DNA of 64,000 nt from Candidatus Vogelbacteria bacterium (GCA_021414225.1 JAIOOX010000002.1:342958-406957), one strand, 5' to 3'; positions 1-9,620 are shown, counted from the stretch's first letter. The notes: generated by a model from the letters alone, not told the origin. Translations and numbers: made by a program.

Positions 1-184
1 TATTGATGACTTAATAGAGTTAATCGAGCAAAAAGGTAAACAAGTAGCTATCACCGGCGCCAACAATTTTGTAGCCAAGTTATTAGCTGAAGGTTCTGAA
101 CATTTCTCTCGCTTAACTCAGGCTGGCCTAGTGTTCGAAAAAACTGAACAAGCCTTAAAACAATTCGGAGTTAAAATTCAATAA
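1..184 (+). CDS. 3' end of a CDS that starts upstream of the window (frame 2, stop TAA 182-184); product unknown
   Basis: Open frame from the window edge to TAA, followed by a strong hairpin terminator; low-GC host-like composition. Confidence 0.3.
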   Translation, partial: IDDLIELIEQKGKQVAITGANNFVAKLLAEGSEHFSRLTQAGLVFEKTEQALKQFGVKIQ

Positions 185-203
185 CAACTACAAATAAAAA
201 CTT

Positions 204-241
204 AAATCCCACCCCCTCTTGCCGAGGGGGTGGGATTTGTT
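204..241 (+). terminator. Rho-independent terminator (15-bp perfect stem aaatcccaccccctc/gagggggtgggattt)
   Basis: Perfect inverted repeat with 5-nt loop directly after the partial CDS; weak T-tract. Confidence 0.55.
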
Positions 242-294
242 CTACAATATTAACTTCCTGGAATCACCCAGGAAAAACAGGGAGAGAGTTTTAC

Positions 295-648
295 ATGGGT
301 ATCTTTGAGACAAAATGTCCCGGCTGTAACCGGACATACTCAGAAGCTGGAAATCATCCGGATGTGCCTCAGCTTTGCCGAGAATGCGGTGAAGTGGCCC
401 AATCACACGCCGAGTCCCTTGGCGAGCCCTGGCCCAAACCCGATCACACTCTGCACAAGAAATGCTTCACGTGTAGCAAGGTAGAGGTGGCAGACGAGGT
501 CTGGCGAGTACTTGATGCTGCAGAGCGGATCAGCCGGATCTTGTACCCCGTCTATGCCTGCCCGGACTGCAGGGAGAGGATCCATACCAGGAAAACCCCA
601 CTGCAAATGCCAGGAGCGGCAGAAGAGGCAGAAACGGTGGGTGTCTAG
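295..648 (+). CDS. Cys-rich zinc-ribbon protein (four CxxC pairs), GC-rich solitary cassette
   Basis: 117-aa ORF with CPGC...CREC...CFTC...CPDC; GGGAGAG RBS 7 nt upstream; GC content far above flanks; followed by a hairpin and T-run. Confidence 0.55.
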   Translation: MGIFETKCPGCNRTYSEAGNHPDVPQLCRECGEVAQSHAESLGEPWPKPDHTLHKKCFTCSKVEVADEVWRVLDAAERISRILYPVYACPDCRERIHTRKTPLQMPGAAEEAETVGV

Positions 649-677
649 AACCCCCACAGACCCTCTCGACCCTTATA

Positions 678-721
678 GCCAGGAGCCGGACCACAGTGTC
701 CGCGCCCTGGCTTTATTTTTT
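678..721 (+). terminator. Terminator-like hairpin (gccagg...cctggc) plus T9
   Basis: Inverted repeat followed by tttatttttt immediately after the 295..648 ORF. Confidence 0.45.
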
Positions 722-735
722 ACTCCAAAATAATT

Positions 736-1620
736 TTAATCGAACAAGCTAATCAAGTATTTATCAATCTCTCGCTGATCTAAATCATAGAAATTTTTCT
801 TTTCCGAATACAACATCCTCGCCAAATCAACTCCCACAAACCGCCAGTGCCATGGTTCGTATTTATAATAAGTATTACCTTTAGGATAAGACAGAACAAA
901 ACCATACTTGTGAGCGTTTTCAACCAACCAGATATAAGCTGAATCTTTTTCAAAACCAACCAAACCAGGACCAGTTTTGATTGTCGTAAAATCAACCGTC
1001 GTTCCTAGTTGATGCTCCGAGTAACCCTGGTCGGCCGAAAACTGGTTAGCTGTCCCCGCTCCATAAATTATTTTATATTGAGACTTCAAAGAAGCCTGGG
1101 TGGCAAAAGATCGATAAGCAGAAACAATTTGTAGTTTTACACCATCATCTTCAGCTGACTCTAGTAAACGATTCAAATATGAAGCTACTTGAGTTTGAAT
1201 TTGAAGTGGAGTTTTTTTATTTAATAGATAATCTTCATCTATATCAACCAAATTAGCTGGAACATAGTGTTCATTCAAGAAATAAACTTTTGAATACTTT
1301 TCTAGTAACTGCTTATCTGTTTGGCTTAGTTTTTCCAGGGTACCAACCGTACTACTAATATCACTAACCTTTTTACCAAAATCTTCGACCGTCACTTGAG
1401 CTGTCCGTAAAGCTTCTCCTAATTTATAGTTACTGTCAGTGGTGGTTGCCAAAGATAACTCTAATCGATTGATCACTTGTCTCTGGAGAACGTTTTGTTT
1501 ATCCAACAAAAGATATTGATAAGACCCATAAGCAAAAACTCCTCCGACCACTATCATTGAGATCAAAGTGAACCAGAAACTGCCCGTTTTCAATTCATCT
1601 AGAATATCTTTCATGGACAT
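736..1620 (-). CDS. D-alanyl-D-alanine carboxypeptidase, VanY/peptidase M15B family, N-terminal membrane anchor
   Basis: SxHxxGxAxD-like YSEHQLGTTVDF and EPWHWRF motifs typical of M15 D,D-carboxypeptidases; N-terminal TM helix. Confidence 0.7.
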   Translation of the reverse strand: MSMKDILDELKTGSFWFTLISMIVVGGVFAYGSYQYLLLDKQNVLQRQVINRLELSLATTTDSNYKLGEALRTAQVTVEDFGKKVSDISSTVGTLEKLSQTDKQLLEKYSKVYFLNEHYVPANLVDIDEDYLLNKKTPLQIQTQVASYLNRLLESAEDDGVKLQIVSAYRSFATQASLKSQYKIIYGAGTANQFSADQGYSEHQLGTTVDFTTIKTGPGLVGFEKDSAYIWLVENAHKYGFVLSYPKGNTYYKYEPWHWRFVGVDLARMLYSEKKNFYDLDQREIDKYLISLFD

Positions 1621-1682
1621 GATTGTAGCACAAAAAACTATTAGACAAACTCCCCCAGTCTAATCATTAAACTTAGGAACAA

Positions 1683-2045
1683 TTAGTCGTTCAGTTTGTG
1701 ATAATAAATGTACGATACTGCTAAAACCGCCAAGACTCCCAATGGGAAGAAGGTTATTCCAGTAAATCCATCCACCACCGCGAGACTAACAAAAGCAGCA
1801 ATAAAATCAAAAGCAAAACCAGCATAAGCCCACTCTTTCACCCGTTTTGGTATTTGGGGAATGATTAAAGCCAAAGACCCTAGAACTTTAAAGACCGCCA
1901 ACATTGTTCCAAAATAAACCGGATAACCAAGATGGGTAATCCCTTGAACTGCCATCTCACTTTGTGAGGTCAGGGCTGTCATCACCCCTTCAAACAAAAA
2001 TATCGCCCCCGTCGTCACCCAAAAAATTATTTTATCTTTTTTCAT
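1683..2045 (-). CDS. DoxX-family membrane protein
   Basis: 120 aa, four hydrophobic helices, DoxX-like pattern. Confidence 0.5.
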   Translation of the reverse strand: MKKDKIIFWVTTGAIFLFEGVMTALTSQSEMAVQGITHLGYPVYFGTMLAVFKVLGSLALIIPQIPKRVKEWAYAGFAFDFIAAFVSLAVVDGFTGITFFPLGVLAVLAVSYIYYHKLND

Positions 2046-2248
2046 AATTTTAAATTAGCTACTTAATACTATGTTATTTTTTTTGTTAATGATAAAAACC
2101 AACAATCCCATTCTATCACCTTAGATTTATTAGGAATACCAATAAAAGCATCTCGTCTCTTAACTTAAAAACGACCCCATTCAGAATACATCAACTCCCA
2201 GAGCTATTCTCTATATTAAACAAAGGGTGCTACCATGACTAGTAATAC

Positions 2249-2827
2249 ATGCTTAGGAGACTTATTCAAACCCCTTTATCCATCTATATTGCTTTGGCTG
2301 TGCTATTTATTGGCGTCCAAATCATAACTCTAATTATCCTAGGTCAACCTTTTCTGTGCTCATGTGGTTTGAAGTTGTGGGAAGGAGCAGTCTACTCTAT
2401 CGGCAACTCTCAGCAAATAACCGACTGGTATACCTTTTCTCATATTATTCACGGTTTTATTTTTTACCTGTTCTTTTGGATTTTGTTTCCTCGGATGGCC
2501 GCGCCACAAAGACTACTGCTGGCCATCGGCTTGGAAATTGGCTGGGAAATACTAGAGAACACCCCATGGGTAATCAATCTGTATCGTGAGCAAGCATTGG
2601 CTCAAGGTTATATGGGCGACAGTATTATTAACTCAGTCAGTGACACCTTAGCCATGATAACTGGCTTTGTTTTAGCTTGGCGATTACCTGTCCGAGTCAC
2701 TGTTACTCTGGCTCTAATTATGGAAATTTTTACTGGCTACTTTATTCGAGACGGTCTCACTCTTAATATTATTAACTTTATCCATCACTTTGAGTTTATA
2801 GAAAACTGGCAAGGTCGTATTGAATAA
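2249..2827 (+). CDS. Integral membrane protein (DUF2585/UPF0314-like)
   Basis: 192 aa polytopic membrane protein; resembles UPF0314 family. Confidence 0.4.
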   Translation: MLRRLIQTPLSIYIALAVLFIGVQIITLIILGQPFLCSCGLKLWEGAVYSIGNSQQITDWYTFSHIIHGFIFYLFFWILFPRMAAPQRLLLAIGLEIGWEILENTPWVINLYREQALAQGYMGDSIINSVSDTLAMITGFVLAWRLPVRVTVTLALIMEIFTGYFIRDGLTLNIINFIHHFEFIENWQGRIE

Positions 2828-2829
2828 AT

Positions 2830-3543
2830 ATGACCCAAGACAAAATCACCAGCCTTCCTAATTGGCCACTCTATAAAGTCCTTGGTCAAATAACCATCCT
2901 CTGGTCCGGCGCTAATATTGGTTATTACTGGCTTCTGCCTCTCTTTGGTTATCAGTTGAGCTACAACTCCACCCCCATAATAATAGCCTTATACTTCCTC
3001 ATCTTCGCCGTGATTAGTATCTTTCTTTTTTGGGATTTATTTAGTAGTTGGGTCGAACCCGACTATCACATCTGGCTATACATACTATTAAGTCTCGGTT
3101 TTAGCGCCACCATTTCAGTTCTTTTATACGGATTTTCTTTTTTGCCCGTCTTACAAGGTTTTAGATTTCCTCCCTATACAGATATTTTATTTGCTACACC
3201 TTGGTACTTTCTTCCTAAAGCAACCGACATCTTACTTCAACAAGTACTCATCACCGCTCTAATACTGGCTTTTCATTTCCGGTTCGAGTGTCTTAAAAAA
3301 GTAGCAGTGGGTTATATTCTCATTTTTGGTGGCGCTCATATTATTTTATTTATTCTCAACAGCTCCCCCACTCCCTACGCCATATTTATGACCCTAGGTT
3401 CTATAGTTTCTGGATTATTTTTCCCTTACTTATTAATACGAGTCAGGGGTGGATTTGTTTATAACTATGTAATCCACTTTTCTTTTTACCTTATTCTGGC
3501 TACCACCCTTCATCTCTTACCTCCACCTGGTTACGGCAATTAA
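2830..3543 (+). CDS. Integral membrane protein, unknown function
   Basis: 237 aa, 6+ TM helices; starts 3 nt after the previous stop (operon). Confidence 0.5.
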   Translation: MTQDKITSLPNWPLYKVLGQITILWSGANIGYYWLLPLFGYQLSYNSTPIIIALYFLIFAVISIFLFWDLFSSWVEPDYHIWLYILLSLGFSATISVLLYGFSFLPVLQGFRFPPYTDILFATPWYFLPKATDILLQQVLITALILAFHFRFECLKKVAVGYILIFGGAHIILFILNSSPTPYAIFMTLGSIVSGLFFPYLLIRVRGGFVYNYVIHFSFYLILATTLHLLPPPGYGN

Positions 3544-3602
3544 TTTTGAACAGATTAGTCTAATAAAAATCTTTAGCTTGGAATAATACTCGAAAGAGAA
3601 TC

Positions 3603-4031
3603 CTATTCACTAGGAGAAAATTCAATTAGCCACTCAATACCATATTTATCTCTGAACATACCCGCATATGATCCCCAAGGACTATCTCCCATAGGTCCTT
3701 CTATTTCTCCTCCAATAGATAGACCGTCGAATAATCTCCCCGCTTCTTCTTTACTTTCTGCACTTATAACAATTTTACTTCGGTTTTCCCGTTCATTTAC
3801 TTTCCCCATAAAATCTGGAACGTCATTTCCAACCAACACATTGCCCGTACTGATAGGTAAGGCAATATACATAATTTTATTTTCCTCGTTTTCCGGTACA
3901 GGGAACTCAGCACTCGCCAAATCTTTGAAACGAACAATTTTGGTAAATTCTCCACCAAAGACTGATTTGTAAAAGGTAAAAGCTTCTTCGGCGTTGCCAT
4001 TGAAGTTAATCCAAGGATTTATTGTTGTCAT
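3603..4031 (-). CDS. VOC/glyoxalase-like (PhnB-like) protein; terminal cassette of the island
   Basis: 142 aa; MTTINPWINFNGNAEEAFTFYKSVFGG is the typical PhnB/VOC N-terminus. Confidence 0.6.
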   Translation of the reverse strand: MTTINPWINFNGNAEEAFTFYKSVFGGEFTKIVRFKDLASAEFPVPENEENKIMYIALPISTGNVLVGNDVPDFMGKVNERENRSKIVISAESKEEAGRLFDGLSIGGEIEGPMGDSPWGSYAGMFRDKYGIEWLIEFSPSE

Positions 4032-4077
4032 ACTTTAAGGCTATCAAATTACTTTCATTTAATAAAGTGGTTTCTAT

Positions 4078-4130
4078 TTACCCCTGGTTGGATAGGTTCA
4101 GAACTTTGGATTGGATGAGGGTTAAAAGAG
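4078..4130 (+). repeat. Island boundary repeat copy 1 (core cccctggttggataggttcagaac + ctttggattggatgagggttaaaag tail)
   Basis: One of six direct copies of the same 24-27-nt core; the tail is shared with copy 3. Confidence 0.85.
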
Positions 4131-4142
4131 AAGTTGAAGAAC

Positions 4143-5123
4143 TTATCCTATAATTTGTTTTGCGATAACCCTAGACATAACCAGTATTTCTCCTATTGAA
4201 CCTCCTCCTAAACGGCCCTTTCCATGCATACCATAAGCACATTCACCGAGGGCGTACATATTTTTTACTTTCGTTTCTCCTCGTTTATTTATACGGATAC
4301 CCCCTAGAACAAAATGGGGTTCAATATCAAGTTCTATTCTCTGTTTTCCATTTACGGCATACCTCTTGGCTGTTTTTTGATATTCTTTACAAATATCGTC
4401 GAACCGATGGTGAGCGTTATGAGCCCTCACTAAGTCGTGCGTTAGTTTAAGTCTTTTATTTTTCTCATCAATAAAATCAAAACTATACAAATTATCACTA
4501 GGGATGCATACCCCTTTAGAGTAAAACGGGTGCCTCATTACTAAATCTTGATACATAACAGTACACCCAGCCGCCCTAACAATCTCAAACATATTGTTTT
4601 GCACTCTTTCATCAACAAATTTATCTGATAATCTTGCTCTTAGCCCACCAAAACAAAAAACAATTTTCTGGCAATGAATAACACCCTGAGATGTCACAAC
4701 TTCTACATACTTACGACTTTTTTTAACGGAAATAACCTCGGCATAAATTCGACTGAAATCAGACTCTTTTTTTATTTTATTAAGCAGTAACTTGGGGTTG
4801 CTAACCTTTGCACCCAGATAAGAAGGTTCCATTTTTGTTAGGTGACTCAAATAAGTAAGTTCGTCATCAATATTGTTTACAAATATACTAACTAATTGCT
4901 TGTTACTTTTGCCGTAACTAGCCAAACTCATCGATTCTTTTAATGACGTCTGTTTTACTCCTCGTGACCTGATATTAAAGTAGGATTTATCACTAACCGT
5001 TTTCATATCAGGGGCAACAATTAGAAAATCATGTTTACCACCCACAATAAGATGGTGAGCCAAATAAAGACCAGAAAACCCAGCACCCACAATAACAATA
5101 TCTGTTGTTTTAATTTTTTCCAT
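4143..5123 (-). CDS. FAD/NAD(P)-binding oxidoreductase
   Basis: N-terminal Rossmann dinucleotide motif VIVGAGFSGLYLAHHL; 326 aa. Confidence 0.6.
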   Translation of the reverse strand: MEKIKTTDIVIVGAGFSGLYLAHHLIVGGKHDFLIVAPDMKTVSDKSYFNIRSRGVKQTSLKESMSLASYGKSNKQLVSIFVNNIDDELTYLSHLTKMEPSYLGAKVSNPKLLLNKIKKESDFSRIYAEVISVKKSRKYVEVVTSQGVIHCQKIVFCFGGLRARLSDKFVDERVQNNMFEIVRAAGCTVMYQDLVMRHPFYSKGVCIPSDNLYSFDFIDEKNKRLKLTHDLVRAHNAHHRFDDICKEYQKTAKRYAVNGKQRIELDIEPHFVLGGIRINKRGETKVKNMYALGECAYGMHGKGRLGGGSIGEILVMSRVIAKQIIG

Positions 5124-5153
5124 ATTATTTTAATTAATGATTTTAATTTTTAA

Positions 5154-5182
5154 TAAAAAAACTGCCCACAGGCAGTTTTTTT
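5154..5182. terminator. Bidirectional hairpin terminator (ctgcc caca ggcag, flanked by A8 and T7)
   Basis: Perfect stem with A-run 5' and T-run 3'. Confidence 0.6.
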
Positions 5183-5443
5183 ATTAATGTCAGAGATAAG
5201 TTTTTACTTACACATTAGAAAATAACCGCCTATTACGCCAAGCAGTCCACCAAAAAGTATTTTTCTTGTATGTATAATTCATATTTTGAGTGTAAATAAT
5301 TGAAATAAAAAAGTCAATCCTATTTAACAAGGTCGGTTACACTTACCCTTTACAACTAAGACTAAATATGATATAGTTAATCAGGAATAAAAACCGACCT
5401 AGCAATAGGTCACACCGGGCTAAGCCCAAGAAAGGACGTTCCC

Positions 5444-6349
5444 ATGTTCCGCAAGCTCTTTGTTATGTGTCTTATCTGTCTATCGGGAGTGGCTCCAGCC
5501 GACGATTGCTTGTTTGGCGGAAGTCACTCGGCCGACACCAACGGCGACCGCCGGATCAACTTGCCAGAAGTGTTACGGGTCATCCAGATCTACAACAGCC
5601 AAGGGAGTGCCTACCACACCAAGGTCGGCACCGAAGACGGTTTTGCTCCTGGCGAATGCGACCAAGGCTATAATTCGATCACGGTGCCGTACGGCGGCTC
5701 GGTCACCCTCAACCCAACAACGGTGGGTGCTACGGTACAGCCCTACAACTGGTACGCAGCCTTGGGTTTTGGCTACTGGATTTCTAGCCAAACCCCGAGT
5801 CTGACACTTACCAATTGTACTCCGGTAAACACTGGAGCGTACTTCTACCGGTCAACCAGTGGTGAGTATTTCTTCGTTAAGGTCACTGGGGTGGCCGACT
5901 TACAGTTGATCGCCTACCCCAACAACGGTCCCTGGCTCGCGGTAGCCTTCAGCCTAAACGGGTTGAGCCTTGGCCAGTTACTGGCTTCCCCACTTCAAGA
6001 TGGCGAAGTGGTAATCGGCCTCAAAGTCATTATTGAGGTTGGTGACAAGTGCTTCACGGATGTGGGGGTATTCAATTACCAACCACTGCTGACCGGGATT
6101 TACGAGGCCAACGTCGTGAGTTTCGACGGCGAAGGGGTGCTTGATTGTTCGGGCCAGCCGGCTACGAACATTGACTTCACTAATCTGCCGACAGGCACAA
6201 CGGTCAGTTTTCAGTTGGCGGTAAAGAGGTCAGATCTGCCAGACACCTATCAGCACTTTGTCGACATCCGGCCCGAGAACACGTTCTTGAGCCTGAACCA
6301 GACACAGGCCTTGGTCTCTACCGGAACCGGTAGCTGGCTGTACAAGTAA
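5444..6349 (+). CDS. Secreted GC-rich protein with N-terminal dockerin/EF-hand-like Ca-binding repeat
   Basis: Signal peptide MFRKLFVMCLICLSGVAPA; DTNGDRRINLPEVLRVIQ matches the dockerin DxNxDGxxN/D pattern; RBS AAAGGA; GC-rich relative to host. Confidence 0.55.
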   Translation: MFRKLFVMCLICLSGVAPADDCLFGGSHSADTNGDRRINLPEVLRVIQIYNSQGSAYHTKVGTEDGFAPGECDQGYNSITVPYGGSVTLNPTTVGATVQPYNWYAALGFGYWISSQTPSLTLTNCTPVNTGAYFYRSTSGEYFFVKVTGVADLQLIAYPNNGPWLAVAFSLNGLSLGQLLASPLQDGEVVIGLKVIIEVGDKCFTDVGVFNYQPLLTGIYEANVVSFDGEGVLDCSGQPATNIDFTNLPTGTTVSFQLAVKRSDLPDTYQHFVDIRPENTFLSLNQTQALVSTGTGSWLYK

Positions 6350-6376
6350 CAGTCAAAATCGCTATAACACACCTTA

Positions 6377-6416
6377 CCCCGCCGCTTCATTCAGAAGTGG
6401 CGGGGTTGAATTTTTT
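6377..6416 (+). terminator. Rho-independent terminator (ccccgccgcttc/gaagtggcgggg + T-run)
   Basis: 12-bp stem (one G-U) then ttgaatttttt, 28 nt after the stop. Confidence 0.65.
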
Positions 6417-6465
6417 AAATATAGATCAATAATAAAAATTATAACTAAGCCTCTAATACAAAAAA

Positions 6466-6492
6466 ATCACCAAAAACTTGGGTGATTTTTTC
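6466..6492. terminator. Bidirectional hairpin (atcacc...ggtgat) between A6 and T6
   Basis: Seen in sequence immediately left of repeat copy 2. Confidence 0.4.
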
Positions 6493-6497
6493 TACTC

Positions 6498-6536
6498 ACT
6501 CCCCTGGTTGGATAGGTTTAGAACAGTGGAGTGGTC
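6498..6536 (+). repeat. Island boundary repeat copy 2 (core + cagtggagtgg tail)
   Basis: tcccctggttggataggtttagaacagtggagtgg; the tail is shared with copies 5 and 6. Confidence 0.85.
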
Positions 6537-6602
6537 AGTAATTAAAAAAATCTAAATAATATATCTTTACATTTACCTAATTTGAATTAATATCTACTAT
6601 TA

Positions 6603-7211
6603 ATGATAACTTCGGACAAAGAACGACAAGCTCCAACTAAAACTTTAGAAGCGGAACCTTCTCATTTAGCCCGCTATCAATTTGCGCTAAAATTTATAAA
6701 AAATGAAGACATTATATTAGATACTCCATGCGGAAGTGGTTACGGTTCAAATTTATTATCCACTAAAGCAAAAATGGTTACGGGAATAGATATTCATCCT
6801 GGAGCAATTCAACACGCTAAAGAGTTTTTTCACAATGATAAAATAGATTTTTTTGTGGCTGATATGCAAAATCTAGAAATTCATTTTCCAGACAGTAAAA
6901 AATTTAATCTAATTGTTAGTTTTGAAGGAATTGAACATATAAAAGACCAAACTAAATTTTTAAGTAGCGCTTCTAAACTTATAAATAAAGATGGGTACTT
7001 AATCATTTCTACCCCTCGAAAACCACATGGAAGTCCATACCACACCGTAGAATTTTCTTTAGAGAGTTTTAGGGATATATTGTCAAAAAGTTTTGTTATA
7101 GAAAAAATGTTTGGTCAGATATATACGGATATATTTGATATGGAAGAAAGAAAAGAAAATCCCGAAGATTATCACAGATTTAATTTTATTGCTCTTTGTA
7201 AAGCAAAGTAA
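6603..7211 (+). CDS. Class I SAM-dependent methyltransferase
   Basis: Motif I LDTPCGSGYGSNLL; 202 aa; AT-rich, unlike the neighbouring cassettes. Confidence 0.65.
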   Translation: MITSDKERQAPTKTLEAEPSHLARYQFALKFIKNEDIILDTPCGSGYGSNLLSTKAKMVTGIDIHPGAIQHAKEFFHNDKIDFFVADMQNLEIHFPDSKKFNLIVSFEGIEHIKDQTKFLSSASKLINKDGYLIISTPRKPHGSPYHTVEFSLESFRDILSKSFVIEKMFGQIYTDIFDMEERKENPEDYHRFNFIALCKAK

Positions 7212-7276
7212 AGTATTGCTCCCCTGGTTGGATAGGTTTAGAACTTTGGATTGAATGAGGGTTAAAAATGAATTAA
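7193..7276 (+). repeat. Island boundary repeat copy 3 (inverted extension ctttgtaaagcaaagtaaagta overlapping the MTase stop, then core, then the copy-1-type tail)
   Basis: Core 7218-7244 identical to the other copies; the extension is in inverted orientation relative to copies 4-6. Confidence 0.8.
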
Positions 7277-7287
7277 CTTGTCTAAAT

Positions 7288-7608
7288 TTAACACTCTACC
7301 CATTGTCCATCTAAAAAATTGACTACGGAAGTTCCTCCAACACAGTCGCCATTTTCATAATAAGCTACCTGGATGGTTGTAACCAAACTGGAAGCTTCTT
7401 GGTACTGACCTTTTCTGGTATACCTATATTCTGTTACTTCTCCATCTGATGCCCCAGGTACTTCAACTTCCCACAGATAAATACCTTGTTCATCTTCAAG
7501 ACAACGAGTAGTTTTATACTCTCCCTCTATATGTCTTCCAAAAACAGCTGATATTTCATCTTGGTTTGGAATGGATTCTAGACTTCCCTGTTCATAGTTT
7601 TCTTTCAT
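7288..7608 (-). CDS. Hypothetical protein (106 aa)
   Basis: ORF only; no recognisable motif. Confidence 0.4.
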   Translation of the reverse strand: MKENYEQGSLESIPNQDEISAVFGRHIEGEYKTTRCLEDEQGIYLWEVEVPGASDGEVTEYRYTRKGQYQEASSLVTTIQVAYYENGDCVGGTSVVNFLDGQWVEC

Positions 7609-7650
7609 ATAAATAATTCTAGCACAAAATAGTTAAAATTTAGTTACTTA

Positions 7651-7697
7651 TAAAAACAAAAGCCGCCCAACGAGTCGGGAGACTTTCGTGGACGGAC
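7651..7697 (-). terminator. Island-family terminator (imperfect GC hairpin + U-run on the minus strand)
   Basis: aaaaacaaaagccgcccaacgagtcgggagactttcgtggacgg; shares the aatttagtt..tataaaaacaaaa..ccgcc architecture with the terminators at 9225, 10214 and 11447. Confidence 0.4.
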
Positions 7698-7708
7698 ATA
7701 CCTCAAAC

Positions 7709-8173
7709 TTAGAAACTGATAACATCTCCGACGATGATTACACCATCGGTCAGAATGCGGGCCCGAAGACCCCCTCTGCCCTGGAAAGCAGTTTCGAATC
7801 CAGGCTTCTTCGCCAAAGCTGAAGGTCGATTGCACGGAGTGCAGAGTTCTACTCCGAGCATCCTGACATCTCCGACCGAGAACTCTTGGCCGACCAGAGT
7901 GTTTAGATCAACCCTTTCGGTTAGAATATTGCGACGGGTATCTTCTGGAGAAAAAGGAATCTCGACTTCCTTGTTTGCTTCTGCAATTGCCTCGACAGCT
8001 ATCAGAGAAACATCACGAAAGGTTTCGCCTACTCTGTGTTTTGAGAAAGCTCCCCTTCCGTCTTTGTACCGATCGCCCTCCAACCCGCGACCCGTAATGG
8101 CATTAACTGCTTGCACAGATACCATTGGTTGCCCTTTATCAGAGGCAACATATATTGCTCTCACATTTGGCAT
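7709..8173 (-). CDS. MOSC-domain protein
   Basis: 154 aa; conserved GDRY, late conserved Cys (CTPCNRP), MOSC beta-barrel length; RBS AAAGGGG; GC-rich. Confidence 0.6.
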   Translation of the reverse strand: MPNVRAIYVASDKGQPMVSVQAVNAITGRGLEGDRYKDGRGAFSKHRVGETFRDVSLIAVEAIAEANKEVEIPFSPEDTRRNILTERVDLNTLVGQEFSVGDVRMLGVELCTPCNRPSALAKKPGFETAFQGRGGLRARILTDGVIIVGDVISF

Positions 8174-8276
8174 GATTTACCCCTTTCGTAGGACTAAGGT
8201 TTCGGTTTCAATTATGTACTACACTAATAGTATTTCTAGCAGAAAATTTAAGAAAAAGAAAACTGTATAATTCTAA

Positions 8277-8340
8277 TACTTTACTTTGCTTTACAAAAGC
8301 TCCCCTGGTTGGATAGGTTTAGAACAATAAACTGGACGAA
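8277..8340 (+). repeat. Island boundary repeat copy 4 (25-nt tRNA-flank extension + core)
   Basis: tactttactttgctttacaaaagctcccctggttggataggtttagaac; the first 25 nt are identical to the sequence abutting the tRNA-Asn 3' end. Confidence 0.85.
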
Positions 8341-8409
8341 GATTGAGGAAGAATTAAGTATTTTGAGTTTGGTAGAAAAAACTCCGTACCCTCAGGGGCG
8401 CGGAGTTGC

Positions 8410-9147
8410 TTAGAGCACATCTTGTTTCTTGTATTTTTGCAAACTTTGTTTAAGTCTTCCTCTCGCTGTTTTAAGTTGCTGACTAACAGCCGATGAGGAT
8501 GATCGGCCATACATAGCAACGATCTGTTCCTGATTCAAACCCTCGAGATAGTACCAAACCAGCAATTGTCGATGAATCGGTTTTAAATCTTCTAAGGCTC
8601 GCCTGACGATATCCCTCCTTTCTTCCCTTAATATTTGGGCTATGGGATCATGCGTCTGATCATCTTTTACAACTTCAGACAGAGGCGACAACTCTTCTTC
8701 GTGTTGTTTTCCGCCTAAGTGTGCATTTAGAGACAGAATTCCGACATGGGATTTCCCTATCTTTTCCTCTACCCGCTCCAGGGTTAGACCCATCGCTTCA
8801 GCCATTTCATTGAGCGTTGGACGCCTCAATAATTTATGGCTGAGCTGAACTTCTACCTTATCCAGATCTTTCCTGTGACTACGCTGAGTGCGCATACTTA
8901 ACACCAAACCTGGTCGTAAACAGTCGTACATAGCCCCCAGAACATGCCGATAGCAAAAAGTTTTGAAAGTAGCCTTCGATTTTTTACTATCAAAACAATC
9001 CGCTGATTCAATCAGGGCTTCAAGCCCAGCTGAATAGAAATCTTCAAACCGCAGATGAAGTGGCAACTTTTCACACACTTTAAGAGCCAGAGACCGCACA
9101 AAGTCGATCTGGCTGAGAATCAGGACTTCTCGCTCGCTCATGGCCAA
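8410..9147 (-). CDS. RNA polymerase sigma factor, sigma-70 family (regions 2 and 4), located inside the cassette array
   Basis: 245 aa; region 2-like FEDFYSAGLEALIESADCFD and region 4 HTH QLLVWYYLEGLNQEQIVAMYGRSSSSAVSQQLKTARGRL. Confidence 0.65.
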   Translation of the reverse strand: MAMSEREVLILSQIDFVRSLALKVCEKLPLHLRFEDFYSAGLEALIESADCFDSKKSKATFKTFCYRHVLGAMYDCLRPGLVLSMRTQRSHRKDLDKVEVQLSHKLLRRPTLNEMAEAMGLTLERVEEKIGKSHVGILSLNAHLGGKQHEEELSPLSEVVKDDQTHDPIAQILREERRDIVRRALEDLKPIHRQLLVWYYLEGLNQEQIVAMYGRSSSSAVSQQLKTARGRLKQSLQKYKKQDVL

Positions 9148-9224
9148 ACCTCCTTTAAGTTAAGGGCCTTTCTATATTTCAGAATAGTCTTAAGGAAGAG
9201 ACATTGTCAAATTTAGTTTAGTAT

Positions 9225-9264
9225 AAAAACAAAAACCGCCCCCCAACGGTTTCCGTGGTGGACG
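9225..9264 (-). terminator. Island-family terminator
   Basis: aaaaacaaaaaccgccccccaacggtttccgtggtggacgg; U-run on the minus strand after the sigma-70 family factor gene 8410..9147? No - it lies downstream of gene 9270..9620. Confidence 0.4.
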
Positions 9265-9269
9265 GCAAA

Positions 9270-9620
9270 TTACTTCTCAAGTTTAGAAAACCCTCCCTGG
9301 CCGAGCAAGATCCAGACCCAGAAATTTGTCAGTCTGCCTGGCGCCATTTCAGAGACATCATCGGTAATCGCCTGGCTACGCTTTTCCAGAGATTCGCGAC
9401 GTGTTGGATAATCATTGGCGAAGATCAGAATTTCCAAAGGTCGCTTCACAACATCAAAACGGCCAATGTCCATGAAGCGAAGTTCAATATCTTCCGGAGT
9501 AAGAGCACCCTCAGGAACCGAAAGATGTTGGGCGATAATGACTGGTAACTTCTGACGGAGAAGCAGCAGTAGTCCATCGCTGATTTTTGACGGATCTCTG
9601 GTAACAAACGCTACGGGCAT
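9270..9620 (-). CDS. Tautomerase/MIF-like superfamily protein (putative)
   Basis: 116 aa starting Met-Pro (MPVAFVTRDP...DGLLLLLRQKLPVIIAQHLSVP), parallel to the MIF/4-OT N-terminus; AGGAGGTG RBS 6 nt upstream; GC-rich. Confidence 0.4.
   Translation of the reverse strand: MPVAFVTRDPSKISDGLLLLLRQKLPVIIAQHLSVPEGALTPEDIELRFMDIGRFDVVKRPLEILIFANDYPTRRESLEKRSQAITDDVSEMAPGRLTNFWVWILLGQGGFSKLEK

Noticed and set aside
403-733. Overlapping ORFs 403..657(-) and 512..733(+)
   Set aside because: They lie entirely within, or overlap, the better-supported 295..648 zinc-ribbon ORF and have no RBS.
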